This document shows, piece after piece, positions 26,049-36,462 of a DNA stretch of 64,000 bases (position 1 is its first letter; each line of letters begins with the position of its first letter). Below the pieces are notes generated by a model, which worked only from the letters and a program-made list of their open reading frames with translations, was not told the origin of the DNA and ran no database searches. Source of the DNA: a virus (Duplodnaviria > Caudoviricetes); IMG/VR virus record IMGVR_UViG_3300032240_002419, positions 1,803 to 65,802 of that record. One strand, written 5' to 3'. A program made the translations under genes and the position numbers.

Positions 26049-26413
26049 ACAACGACTACTACGAAGAGCTAGACCCAAACGTGGCCAAAGCCGCTGGCGC
26101 AGATGGATTTAATAAGATTAGCGACACGCCTAGAACGGATGCACAGACTTATATTTGGGAAAACGGAGGACAGAATCCCTTTGTGCATAAGGAGTTTGCC
26201 CAAGAGCTTGAGAGAGAACTCACCGAGCTACACAACGAGGTCGCAAGGCTCCGTGAGCTAATGCGAAACTATATTGATTTCATTGACGCAAACATGGGGA
26301 CAACTGCTGATTGGCCTATGGAAGCGGCATTTGATGACGAAATTACAGCACAACGCCATTGCGATTTACTGAACGCAATGAAGCGAGAAGTGAAACCAGA
26401 GGACATCAACTGA
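26045..26413 (+). CDS. mosaic hypothetical protein (SDTPRTDA...ELEREL motif)
   Basis: 122-aa ORF. Confidence 0.65.
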   Translation: MNNDYYEELDPNVAKAAGADGFNKISDTPRTDAQTYIWENGGQNPFVHKEFAQELERELTELHNEVARLRELMRNYIDFIDANMGTTADWPMEAAFDDEITAQRHCDLLNAMKREVKPEDIN

Positions 26414-26414
26414 T

Positions 26415-27068
26415 ATGTACGGAATCCAAGACAAGATTAACCAGATCCTGCGAGGGGCAGAAACCATTAAGAAAAACTCTATGAAACCCGACACCAACAA
26501 CTGCCACCATTGCGGGGCTAAGCCAATGATTCATAGCTATGTTTGCGGAACTACTTTCCCCAATATAGCAGGGAATTGCAGTATTTCAGAAATATGTAAA
26601 TTAAATAACGAGGTCGCAAGGCTTAGGGAGGTATGCGAATGGGCTGCTGATATGATGGATGGTATCAGCCCTGCAAGGGGTCAAGAAATCCGAGATGCAA
26701 TAGCCCGACTCGCCCCGTCGCCAGAGGATTACAAAACCTCTGCACAAATTGATAAGTGCATAGGAAATGTAACGGAACCAACTAATCCGACTTGCTCTAA
26801 CACCACGCACAAGTTCAGCCATTGCGATTGCGAAAACCCCACCCATATTGCTCCCGAATGGAGAGAGCTTGGCCCTGAAGAGGAAATCCACACAGGAGAT
26901 CAAGTCCAAGCCAAGCACCACGATAGGGTTCATGGAGTCTGGTATGATGTTTTCCCATACGAAATTGGAGCAATGCCTATAGACCATGAAGCGTTCAGAT
27001 ACCGCACCCGCCGCCCGTTGCCTAAACCCGTCGAATTCGAGGGAATTAAAAATCTGAAACAAAAATGA
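26415..27068 (+). CDS. mosaic Cys-rich hypothetical protein
   Basis: 217-aa ORF; shares NEVARLRE with the previous gene. Confidence 0.6.
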   Translation: MYGIQDKINQILRGAETIKKNSMKPDTNNCHHCGAKPMIHSYVCGTTFPNIAGNCSISEICKLNNEVARLREVCEWAADMMDGISPARGQEIRDAIARLAPSPEDYKTSAQIDKCIGNVTEPTNPTCSNTTHKFSHCDCENPTHIAPEWRELGPEEEIHTGDQVQAKHHDRVHGVWYDVFPYEIGAMPIDHEAFRYRTRRPLPKPVEFEGIKNLKQK

Positions 27069-27217
27069 AGCTACTCGCAAGGACAACTCTGTGGTCTATC
27101 CCGGTCTCTGTGGTTGCCGTTAACTTTGTTGACGACAACTTCCTTCCAGCCTATGGCCTCTTTGTTGCCACCTTGTGTTCCCTAACTCTCGTCATCGTGT
27201 CGGTATGGCACGATTAA
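27065..27217 (+). CDS. small membrane protein
   Basis: ATGA overlap; two hydrophobic stretches; converges on late operon. Confidence 0.5.
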   Translation: MKLLARTTLWSIPVSVVAVNFVDDNFLPAYGLFVATLCSLTLVIVSVWHD

Positions 27218-27453
27218 CTTGGATCATCAATCACGTAACACGTTTCCAGACCCCACTCATTCTGCTCGCACATTTCGTGCTGCAGGTGACCCGGTAGGTC
27301 TAGAGGCATGTCCATGTGATTAGCCACCATATAGTTCTTAACCTTTTCCACCAACTCTGGAAAGAAATCTGCTTTAAACCGTATTCCGTGGGCCTTGCAG
27401 TACCACCGGTACCCTCCGGGAGGAATCAAATTAACATCTCGTATCCGTTTCAT
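27214..27453 (-). CDS. hypothetical protein
   Basis: 79-aa ORF with PPGGYRW. Confidence 0.65.
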   Translation of the reverse strand: MKRIRDVNLIPPGGYRWYCKAHGIRFKADFFPELVEKVKNYMVANHMDMPLDLPGHLQHEMCEQNEWGLETCYVIDDPS

Positions 27454-27601
27454 ATCATGAAAAAAAACTTGTTTTGGCCTTTGTTTATTGTGTGCTTCCC
27501 CGTGATCTTTGTTATTTGGTCTTCGGTGATGCTGTTTATACCTTCGGCTATGTACGGAGTGTCCAAGGGCGGAACGGCTTTGTCAAAGGCTGCTCCTCCC
27601 C

Positions 27602-30600
27602 TTATCCGTTAATCTTGAGTTTTCCCGTCAACACGTCGCGTTCGACCTTTGCTTTGGCATAGGCCGTAGCGGCGTGATTGATGCTGGGACCGTCCAGTAT
27701 GGACTGAGCCAGATCCCTATCCATCTGGGTCAGCCTTTGAACGAGCTGTGGAGTAAGAATCTTCTTCAGCAGCTCACCCCTGTAGATAACGAACTGACGC
27801 CATGCGGCGTCTCCTGAATCGTTCAGGGTCTTATACTCGCCCTTCTTGTTTACGAGAATTTCCGTGGACTTCTTAGGTCCAGACAGGAACAGCCCATGAT
27901 CCAGCAGAGGATTGAGGATAGGGTCAGGGGGTGCCTGAGCCACAAACAGCCACCTGTCCGTTAGCGGATCGGTTGCGGCGTGAGTGATCGGGTTCCCCAA
28001 GATGTTGAGGGAAGGCTGGTTGTAACCCAGATAGAAGGGCATGAACTGCGCCGCTTTGCCAGCCGCCGAGGTAAGGTCAAGGTTATTGACTTCGCGCCCC
28101 GTTCCTTGGGTGGCGATCGAGTTGCGGATAAACCGCATGATCTGAGGATTGGTAAACTGGCTGGCTGTTCCGGCTAGCTGCTTGACAACCGCTTTGGGGG
28201 CCGAAGCACCCTGAGGGTCGTGCAGCACGTCGATAAGATTCTTTGCTCCGCTAAGGAAGTGATGCTCCAGAGGGCTCATGGCCACTCCGAGCGCCATCCT
28301 CCAGATAGCGTCTCCAGCATAAACATCCGGCCTCTGAATTACTCCGTGAACCTTCTTAATTGCCGGAGCGTCAAAAGTCATGTAGTCGTGCAGGGTACCC
28401 AGCATGGTTCCCAGCAAATCAACTCCGGGCATAGCCTTGTACGGGATGTAGGTGTCCCCAATCTTGAGAGTATTGGGACGTGCTCCCGAGGCCATCCACT
28501 CGCTGCGCTTGGCGTAGTCTTTGGGACCCGCCCCGTAGAACATGAAATCGGGTTTCTTGCCCGTTTCCATTTCGTCGTGCAGCTGCTTCAGGAACCAAGC
28601 GGTAATGGCCGTGGCTACCACGGTTCCAAAGGCAGACTTGGCCATGAGAGCGTACTGATCGGCCGACCCTTCCACGTATTTACCAAACGCGTATTTGGAG
28701 TCTTCTCCCAGCAAAAGATTGGACAGGGTGCGATTCTTGGCTTTGGCAAATCCGAGCGGGCTATAGTCCAAGCTGTTATTCATCAGGTTGCTGATGATCC
28801 TGACGAATGGGAAGATGAACTGAGTAACCTTAGTCTTGCGGTTCAGGGTCCCGATGATTCCGTCGGCCACCATTCCCGCCAGTCCTTTGGCGTCGCCCTT
28901 GAGGGTCCAATCCTTAGTCAGCTTGTCAATCCGCTCTCCCTTGAGAAGATCCATAAGATCCTTGCCTGTGGAGATCTCTTGGTGCAACTGCTCAAGGCGG
29001 TTGGCCATAGAGAACTTGTTGTCCCACTTGCCCATGTTCTCAAAGAATCCGGAATCAACTTCTTTCTGAAGCTGCTCCCTTGCCGCAGCCATCTCTTCTT
29101 GTGTGGGGGCAAAGACAGTCCTCATCCTCTCGGCGAGTTCCTTTCCTTTGATTCCGCCGTTCAGGAGGGCCGCTCTCATGGCCATGCGTTGATTGAGTTC
29201 CCTAGCGGAGTTCGCGTTAAGAGCGTCAAAGGCAGACATGAACCTAGGTAGAATCGCCATGGCCCCGGCATACTTCTGGAACCACTTAGGACCTACCCCT
29301 TCTTTCAGGAGGTCCGCTCCGCGCTTTCCAATTCCCTGCTCCAGACCGATACCAATCTGTCCCGTGGTAAGAGCACGGAGAGCCTCGCGTCCAAACGGGT
29401 TACCTCTTGCGCCCTTGTCGCCCAGCAACATGGTATCCAAGAAATCTTTCAGGTATCCCACGCTCTCTTGGAACGAGTTACCTTTACCCACAGACTCAAC
29501 GAATTGACCGAAGGTTTGGAAAGCACCCTGCAACCGGACGTTGACGAATCCGCTGAAGCCGTGCGTCAGGAACGTCGGGGGCCCGGTAAGAATCGCGGAC
29601 CGGAAGATTTCAGGTAGAATGTTAAAGGCTGCCTTGGCTGCCTGTACCCCACCGGCTTTGAGCTGCTGGTTGATGATCTCGTTTGCGATCATTCCTTGGA
29701 AGTTGGTCAGCTGCACGTTGCGCTGATCGCTGTTCTCAGGGAGTTTCATGATTTCATCAGCTTTCTCCCTGACCGCTTTTACAAAGTCTGCATCGTAACC
29801 TCCAATTCCTAGGCTCTCCAATAGGGTTTGATGAATATTGTCTTCGTCAAACTTGCCTAATTTAATGTACTCTTCCAGCTTCTTTGCCATCTCAACGGGC
29901 TTTACGGCACCCTTGGTGGCGTAGGCTTCAAACACGGCTTTGGGCAGGTCAGTCGCAGCGATCTTTTGAACCGCCTTGTTGAACAGTCCGGCTAAGTTTC
30001 CGGTGAGAGACTCGACGGTCTCCGGAGGAGCTCCCTCGGGGAGCATCTGAGCAATGAAAGCCTTCAGGTCGCTACGGTTAAACTCGTTACCGGAAAGCAA
30101 CTGAGTCAGCTGTGAGATCTGCTCCGGGTCGGTGATTCCCGATTTAGACAGGAGATCAGAAGCCGCCTTCATTGTGGCTTCCGCAGCCCTGAGTTTGATG
30201 GACGTGATGCTGTCCATGAGGCCCTGCAGATTGATCTTGCCCTTGGTAAGATCTTCCACGCTTCCGCCTAGGGTTCCCTTAAGGAACTGGTCGACGTAGT
30301 CTCTTGAAGACAGCTCGTCGATATTCTTGCCGGTATTAAGCACCTGTCCGCTGGCGCTCAAGGTTTTCACAGATAGGTTATGAGCCTCGATATTCAGCCT
30401 GTTGGCCTTTTTCAGCTCTAAGCCCTCGGCTATTGACAGAGGCCCCGTGCTCTTTTTATCCAACAAGTCCTGAACCACCTTTTGATATTCTCTCTCGGCG
30501 CGGATAAATCCACGATTGATAGCCGCCAACGAGTATTCTGCGTTGGGGTTAGACAGCATTTTCTTCAAACTATCATAAGCCGCATCAGTACCAACCTTCT

Positions 30601-33600
30601 TAAACAGGTCGTCCATTTGAGCGTCCCACTTGGGATTTGATCCCGTCTCGTATTGGTTCGGAGCGTAGGCAGCCCGGTTTTCTTCAGTAAGGTACTGTTG
30701 ATCACCCTCACGGGCGGTAGATTCTTTTGTGGCAGGAGATTGGGCACGGAGTTCTCCCTCGTTCTCACGAGTAGCCGGGGTCATGCCAATAAGTTCATTC
30801 AACCATGCCTCATCTTCTGGAGACGTTTTTGTTTTCGGAGCTACTCTTTTCGTCCCAAGATTTTGTTTTATCTCTGCATACGTTTCCGGAAAAACCAAGC
30901 TCAACGCTTGTCTGGCCGCAATGTTTGATTCTATACGAATGGCCATCGCCATCCTTTCCACGCTCGAATAGTCTTCGTTGTTTTTAACGTAATCCCAAAT
31001 CTTTTTGTAATTTTGAGTTTTGATGGACTCGTTTTTGAACCCCTCGCGTTGTACGTTGAAATTACTTGCCAAATTGTACAGGATTTCAAAGGTAACCCTA
31101 CCGTACTTAGGGTAATCGGTCATTGCCCGCTTCATTAAAGTAGTCCGTAAAGAAGAAGGAAGATTTGGATTTTGAGTTAAGAAAGTATCAATGATCGGGT
31201 TATTTAAATCTGCAAATGCTTTATAGTTACCGGCTCGATCCTGCCCCAGCTCATCTTCCAAAATTTTTCGCAGTTCGCGTCCTTCACTTTCGTTCTCCAA
31301 ATAGGGCATTCCCTTTTCTTCGATCTTTGTCGGATCGAATTCCGGATTTCTTTCAACAAGCTGTTTGGCTATTTTTTGAATTCTTTCCGGGGAAGTTGAA
31401 GGATTTTTCAATTCAAACAGCTCGTAGTTCTTAAGCTGATCGCGTCGCGCGTCGAGCAATTTTGAAATGTCCTGACTGTACTCTTCCGGAATCGTCCCGT
31501 TGTTTGCTTTACCCTGTATCTCTGCAATCTTGCCGCCGTCAATTATGCGAATAGCAGCAGCGGGTCTGTCGCCATGGGTGAGTATCCACATGCCCCCCTC
31601 CTTAAGATACGGCTCAGCGTTATAAGTTTTTGTGCACCAGTTGTCGTGCGAAAGAGATTTTAGATTGTCGACATTGGTTTGAAAATTTTGAGGATCTTCC
31701 GATCGGGAAGGTATGTAAATCCACTCTCTATTTTCTGTAGCTTTTACCGTATCGGCAGCATTTTTAATGGCGTAGTCCGCAAGACTTTTTCGGTACGCTT
31801 TCAGAAGATCAAAATTTTGATCCTTAGGATGTAAAGCGACTTGTTCCCTCAAACGAGCTAAAACACCCGGGTTTAGCGGCAGAGTCTCGCCAGCTCCGTA
31901 AGCTCGGTCAGAAGACAAAGCATTGTAGAGCATCTCGTGAACCATAGCCTGCCAATAGGGATCTTTAGCGTATTCTTGATTCCCTTCCGTTAAATAATTT
32001 TTCCATACGGAATAGTTTTCTTCACGCTCTTCGGAAACTTTTTTGGCCATCTGACTGGCTTTAAGTTTTTGCGCTTCTTCACTATCGGACAGGAACCTAC
32101 GGGCTGCTTCCCCTCCCTGTCCTGCATTATCTTGATTAGCGTATGCTTCCTTAACCAAGATAGCCGCCATATCATCAATCGATATTACTAACTTGTTTTG
32201 AGTCTTAGAAACGATTCCGTTAACGATTGAATCAATCTGCTCAGGCAGGTTTTTTTTATTTAGGTCAATCAGCTTTTCGTATTTCTCCACAAACAGGCGA
32301 CCAGTATCGCTTTCGCCCAATCCCATCTTGACAGCCTTCTTGTATGCAGCCTGAGCAAATAGCGACCACCGCTTGGGGTTGCTGCTAATTTCTCGGGTTT
32401 TGTTGGACAGCATGTTGTAGCTCTTTTCGGCAAAATCCAACTGACCGGAAAGCGTAGCATCTTCTGGAGCATACCGTAGTTTTGCTTGCAGCCAGCGCGT
32501 GATGTTTTTGATGTAGTCCATCAGAGCACCAAGGATGCTAGGATTGCGATCCACTTCACGCATCACTTCGGTGGTGTGCCCCATACGCATCATCTGACGC
32601 AGCATACGGGTATACTCCCAGCCAACTTGGAAATTGCTCTTCAGGAAGAAATTGATCCGGTCATTGCTCGCGTTCTTACCCAAGTAGAATCTGGCGAGCT
32701 TTAGCTTCTCTTCGTTGGATAGCTTGGCTCCGATTTCCGTTAAACGATCCTGAGCTTCAGGGCTGAACGTTCCGGTCTCGTCGATGACGCCAGCGATGTG
32801 CTCTACCTCTTCGTCACAGGCAGCCTCGATGTATTTACGAGCCTGCTCTTCGGTCATTCCACGAATCTGATTTTCCAACAGGTTCACATCGTACCGTACT
32901 CCAAACGAATTGTCGGCTGTGTTGATGTGGGCCTCCATGACTCCGGCCGTTTCTCCGGGTTTGGCTCCGGCGTTCATGTCCGGGTCGGCGTAGAACTCTA
33001 CCCCGGGGAACCGGTCTTGTAGGGTGGACCGGATATACTCGTGGGCGTCCATCGGAATCTCTCCCTCGGTCTTGGCCGTAGCCATGCGGGCAGAGCGAGC
33101 TCCAATGTCGGCCCTCTCGTGCAGTCCGTCGAGAATCTGGTCAACGGTAAAGCGATCGGCAATACGGGTCGCTTGGCTTACCAGCGCCTTACGCTCCCGT
33201 TCCGGAATGTCAGAGAATTGTGCAGCCAAACGAACGACGTCCTCGGCACTCAATTCCTTGGCCTCTACCAAGGCTCGCAGTAAGGCAACCTTGTCGACGA
33301 GTTTTGTATCGGCAGCTTCAATCTTCTTAACTGCCTGATCCTTGAGTCGGGAAGCGATAGCCTCCGCAGTCTCTACGGAGACTTCGCCGGGAAGACGATC
33401 TTCGGTGGGTTTGAAAACTTCTTCGCTGTCTTCAGGCGCAATTCCGCTCTCGGCAAAGTGATCTTGAAATTCCGTACCGGATTCCCCAAGCGGAGCATTC
33501 AGAGAGACAGTGGCAGTACCTCCGGTCTTCATGCGCCTACGAATTTCGTCTATTTCGCTCTTTGATTTACGTAGGGCTTTGTTGACCTCTTTCTGAAAAG

Positions 33601-36457
33601 CGGGACCGTCTTCGATCTTTGCGAGGAATCCTTCTTTCTCTCCGCGCATCTCCTGAGCGACTCGGCCCATGAACTCGGTGATTGCACCCCAGCGCATGGC
33701 ATACTGAGCGTCGTCATCATATCCCCGATAAAGATCCAGCGGGGGGAAGCTCCTCAGTCGGGAGATATTTTTGTCGCCCTCGGGGTTCTCATAGACTCCG
33801 TATTCTTCTTCGGAGAAAGGGGTCTCCTCTCCCCGCTTGCCTTGACTCGGAAGGGCGGGTTCCTCTTCTTCAATCTTTCCTTCACGGATGGCTTTCTCAC
33901 GAGCTTCGCGTAGGCGGTCTTCGCGTTCGATTTCTTGCTCTACCTTGCCCTTGCGGTTCTGAGTCCTTTTCTTAGCTTCCTCGGATTGAGTGAGCTCGCG
34001 TTCTAGAGTACCCCCTAACCGGGTAGTCAATGCATTGTTCAGCCTGATCAGAATCTGGTTAAAGGGCGTTTTCTGCTCGGGGGGAAGGGAATTTACAATC
34101 GCGTTGTAGGTGTCCGTGGACTCCTTGAGATAAGCGGAAGGACTGAGGCGATTGGTCTGGGAATAGATCCTGTCGGCCTCGGTTCGGTTTTCTACGTTCC
34201 GCTTGTACCACAGCAAAGCGTTTTCGAGCCGGTCAGTCGGCATCGGGTTCTCAGCCATGACGCTTCCCGGATCGGGGTTGGTCTGAGTACTGATCGTTCC
34301 CTTGTCGGTTTTGCGATTCTTGCCCGTCTTCTTGAGGTATTTATTAATGAAGGTGGCAATCTGCTGCTGGCTGAAATTTCCGTTCTGGCCGGTGGGTTTG
34401 ATTTTTCTAGCCTCGATAACGGCGTCAAACTTGGAAGGACGAACAATAAACTGACCGGACTCCGGATCGTACTCGAACGAGATTGCGGGATTGAATTGCT
34501 GCGGATCGTCCATGTTGACGAATCTCGGTACAACTGTGTCTTCGCCCCGGAGCTGACGAATCTCAAGAGCTTGAGGATCATTGATCCAGTTCTCGATGTG
34601 ACCCAGATCCTCTTTGGCTTTAACAGGATTTTTAAGGTACTCGTTGGAGTAGTCCCACAGGTCCTTAAGTCTCGGCGCGATCTCTTCTCCAAATGCAGCT
34701 CGCATCCTATCCGACCAAGCGGCGAAATCCGTGACTCCATCATTTATGAGCTTGGCTCCCTGAATCGAAAGGCCCAGATCTTTCTTAAGTCCAGCGCGGG
34801 GATCTTCTTCGGCCTTGGTTGCCGGGGATTTGGCAGCCAATTCGGTAGTGCCTCCCAGTAGATCGTCACCCAGCTTAAATAGGTCATCGAGGTCCTGCTT
34901 CTGGGGAACGGCGGGCTCTTCTGTAGCGATAGGTGCCTCGGTCGAGATGGGCTCCTCTGCAGGCATTGCTTCACCATTCTGGACCCGTGCAATTCTTTGA
35001 CGAATGCTGTCGGCTAGTTTAGCGGCATCGGATTTGGTCTTGGCGTTGCCCCTCTGCTGTCGAATTCTTGTCTCCAAAAGGAGCTCGTTTAGTTTGTCAA
35101 CATTCCCTGCCTTTTCAGCCTCGACCGCCTGAGCCTGAAGTTGAGGAATCGCCGTCCGTACGTGTTGACGATTGCGCTGCTTGTAGTCTTCAGCAACAAG
35201 CTGTTTCTCGCCGTCGATCGGTTGAGGGGCCTCAACAATCGGAGCGGTAGCAGCTTCAACTTTTTCGGTTTGTTCTGCAGCAGGGGTCTCGGTAACACCC
35301 GGCGCAACCTGTTGGATCGGCTCGGCGGGCGAAGATTCCAAAGGGAGCGGTAGTTGCTCCTCTTTAGCTGGTTCGGCTTCGGTTACCGGCTTTTGTCCCT
35401 TTTGCAACTCTGGCAGCACGCCGGTTTGCTCGACATTCGGCTCAACCGCGATTGGTTCGCTGACGGCTGGCGTTGTGCCTGCAGTGCTTGGCGTAATGGG
35501 TTCTTGCTCTGGGGTTTTTTCATTGACTGCTGGGGTTGTGGGTTTGGTTGCTTGTAGCGCATCTGCGGTCTCGCTTGCCCCGGAGCTGCGTAAAGTTTCA
35601 TCCAATTTCTGACTGGCTTCTTCGGAGACAATGTCCGGAACTTCGGGTTCGGGAGCAGTCTTCTTCTGGGGTTTGTTAAAAGTCGTTGGCGTCTGAGTCT
35701 GCTGCTCGGAAGCCTTAAACGGATCGAGGAACATGCCGCCCGGACCAACATACGGCTTGACGGCCATTCCTGCGGCCCCCTTCAGGGCTGCGGTGCCAAG
35801 GTCTTCTCCTTGTGCAACCCCCATGCCTGTCTGGGTTCCGATAGCGGCCGTCCCCCCGATTGCATGACCAAAGTTCTCCAGAGCTTCTTTTGCGGCTTTG
35901 CCCTCTGGGGTAGCTTGTTGAGACAGCGTTTGTAATTCCTTGACGCCGCCTTTCTTGGCCATGGCTGCCGCGACATCCTTGATACCCTGTCTCCCTGCAG
36001 TCGTGCCAACCGCTTTCACTAAACCGCCAGCCGCTTTCAGGCTGGGTCGGCCCGTGCCAAGCAAGCCTCCGGCAAACGTTGCCCAAGGATGTTCCTTCTC
36101 CTCCTTTTCGGCCGTTTCGGTACCGAGGAAAGATTCCGGAGCGTACTTGTTTGCAAGAATATCTTGTCCTTTGCGAGCCGCCATGCCTGCTCCGAAAGCA
36201 CCCGCAACACCCAGCACCGGAACAGCGATGGGAGCTAAGGGTCCGGCCGCTAGTCCAAGAGAGCCCATCGCAAGTGCTCCCCCCATTCCGGCAACTCCGG
36301 GAACAACGCTACGGCCCGCTTCGTGAAGTAGCGCCGTTCCAGCGGAAGTGGGCGCTTCGGGTTCGGGAGAACTGTACGTCTCCTCCCATGGCATTTTGTT
36401 AGAAGGGGTTGCCTCTGGGGAGGCATACTCTTCTTCCCAAGGCATTTTGTCGGACAT
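27602..36457 (-). CDS. giant internal virion/ejection polyvalent protein (2951 aa)
   Basis: MPWEE repeats and Gly/Ala hydrophobic N-terminus, PcfJ-like WC module, helical C-terminal region; end of structural operon. Confidence 0.8.
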   Translation of the reverse strand: MSDKMPWEEEYASPEATPSNKMPWEETYSSPEPEAPTSAGTALLHEAGRSVVPGVAGMGGALAMGSLGLAAGPLAPIAVPVLGVAGAFGAGMAARKGQDILANKYAPESFLGTETAEKEEKEHPWATFAGGLLGTGRPSLKAAGGLVKAVGTTAGRQGIKDVAAAMAKKGGVKELQTLSQQATPEGKAAKEALENFGHAIGGTAAIGTQTGMGVAQGEDLGTAALKGAAGMAVKPYVGPGGMFLDPFKASEQQTQTPTTFNKPQKKTAPEPEVPDIVSEEASQKLDETLRSSGASETADALQATKPTTPAVNEKTPEQEPITPSTAGTTPAVSEPIAVEPNVEQTGVLPELQKGQKPVTEAEPAKEEQLPLPLESSPAEPIQQVAPGVTETPAAEQTEKVEAATAPIVEAPQPIDGEKQLVAEDYKQRNRQHVRTAIPQLQAQAVEAEKAGNVDKLNELLLETRIRQQRGNAKTKSDAAKLADSIRQRIARVQNGEAMPAEEPISTEAPIATEEPAVPQKQDLDDLFKLGDDLLGGTTELAAKSPATKAEEDPRAGLKKDLGLSIQGAKLINDGVTDFAAWSDRMRAAFGEEIAPRLKDLWDYSNEYLKNPVKAKEDLGHIENWINDPQALEIRQLRGEDTVVPRFVNMDDPQQFNPAISFEYDPESGQFIVRPSKFDAVIEARKIKPTGQNGNFSQQQIATFINKYLKKTGKNRKTDKGTISTQTNPDPGSVMAENPMPTDRLENALLWYKRNVENRTEADRIYSQTNRLSPSAYLKESTDTYNAIVNSLPPEQKTPFNQILIRLNNALTTRLGGTLERELTQSEEAKKRTQNRKGKVEQEIEREDRLREAREKAIREGKIEEEEPALPSQGKRGEETPFSEEEYGVYENPEGDKNISRLRSFPPLDLYRGYDDDAQYAMRWGAITEFMGRVAQEMRGEKEGFLAKIEDGPAFQKEVNKALRKSKSEIDEIRRRMKTGGTATVSLNAPLGESGTEFQDHFAESGIAPEDSEEVFKPTEDRLPGEVSVETAEAIASRLKDQAVKKIEAADTKLVDKVALLRALVEAKELSAEDVVRLAAQFSDIPERERKALVSQATRIADRFTVDQILDGLHERADIGARSARMATAKTEGEIPMDAHEYIRSTLQDRFPGVEFYADPDMNAGAKPGETAGVMEAHINTADNSFGVRYDVNLLENQIRGMTEEQARKYIEAACDEEVEHIAGVIDETGTFSPEAQDRLTEIGAKLSNEEKLKLARFYLGKNASNDRINFFLKSNFQVGWEYTRMLRQMMRMGHTTEVMREVDRNPSILGALMDYIKNITRWLQAKLRYAPEDATLSGQLDFAEKSYNMLSNKTREISSNPKRWSLFAQAAYKKAVKMGLGESDTGRLFVEKYEKLIDLNKKNLPEQIDSIVNGIVSKTQNKLVISIDDMAAILVKEAYANQDNAGQGGEAARRFLSDSEEAQKLKASQMAKKVSEEREENYSVWKNYLTEGNQEYAKDPYWQAMVHEMLYNALSSDRAYGAGETLPLNPGVLARLREQVALHPKDQNFDLLKAYRKSLADYAIKNAADTVKATENREWIYIPSRSEDPQNFQTNVDNLKSLSHDNWCTKTYNAEPYLKEGGMWILTHGDRPAAAIRIIDGGKIAEIQGKANNGTIPEEYSQDISKLLDARRDQLKNYELFELKNPSTSPERIQKIAKQLVERNPEFDPTKIEEKGMPYLENESEGRELRKILEDELGQDRAGNYKAFADLNNPIIDTFLTQNPNLPSSLRTTLMKRAMTDYPKYGRVTFEILYNLASNFNVQREGFKNESIKTQNYKKIWDYVKNNEDYSSVERMAMAIRIESNIAARQALSLVFPETYAEIKQNLGTKRVAPKTKTSPEDEAWLNELIGMTPATRENEGELRAQSPATKESTAREGDQQYLTEENRAAYAPNQYETGSNPKWDAQMDDLFKKVGTDAAYDSLKKMLSNPNAEYSLAAINRGFIRAEREYQKVVQDLLDKKSTGPLSIAEGLELKKANRLNIEAHNLSVKTLSASGQVLNTGKNIDELSSRDYVDQFLKGTLGGSVEDLTKGKINLQGLMDSITSIKLRAAEATMKAASDLLSKSGITDPEQISQLTQLLSGNEFNRSDLKAFIAQMLPEGAPPETVESLTGNLAGLFNKAVQKIAATDLPKAVFEAYATKGAVKPVEMAKKLEEYIKLGKFDEDNIHQTLLESLGIGGYDADFVKAVREKADEIMKLPENSDQRNVQLTNFQGMIANEIINQQLKAGGVQAAKAAFNILPEIFRSAILTGPPTFLTHGFSGFVNVRLQGAFQTFGQFVESVGKGNSFQESVGYLKDFLDTMLLGDKGARGNPFGREALRALTTGQIGIGLEQGIGKRGADLLKEGVGPKWFQKYAGAMAILPRFMSAFDALNANSARELNQRMAMRAALLNGGIKGKELAERMRTVFAPTQEEMAAAREQLQKEVDSGFFENMGKWDNKFSMANRLEQLHQEISTGKDLMDLLKGERIDKLTKDWTLKGDAKGLAGMVADGIIGTLNRKTKVTQFIFPFVRIISNLMNNSLDYSPLGFAKAKNRTLSNLLLGEDSKYAFGKYVEGSADQYALMAKSAFGTVVATAITAWFLKQLHDEMETGKKPDFMFYGAGPKDYAKRSEWMASGARPNTLKIGDTYIPYKAMPGVDLLGTMLGTLHDYMTFDAPAIKKVHGVIQRPDVYAGDAIWRMALGVAMSPLEHHFLSGAKNLIDVLHDPQGASAPKAVVKQLAGTASQFTNPQIMRFIRNSIATQGTGREVNNLDLTSAAGKAAQFMPFYLGYNQPSLNILGNPITHAATDPLTDRWLFVAQAPPDPILNPLLDHGLFLSGPKKSTEILVNKKGEYKTLNDSGDAAWRQFVIYRGELLKKILTPQLVQRLTQMDRDLAQSILDGPSINHAATAYAKAKVERDVLTGKLKING

Positions 36458-36462
36458 AAAGC

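Noticed and set aside
27457-27612. Plus-strand small membrane ORF (MKKNLFWPLF...)
   Set aside because: Starts 3 bp from a divergent ATG with no room for a promoter and overlaps the giant gene's stop; cannot be supported, though not excluded.
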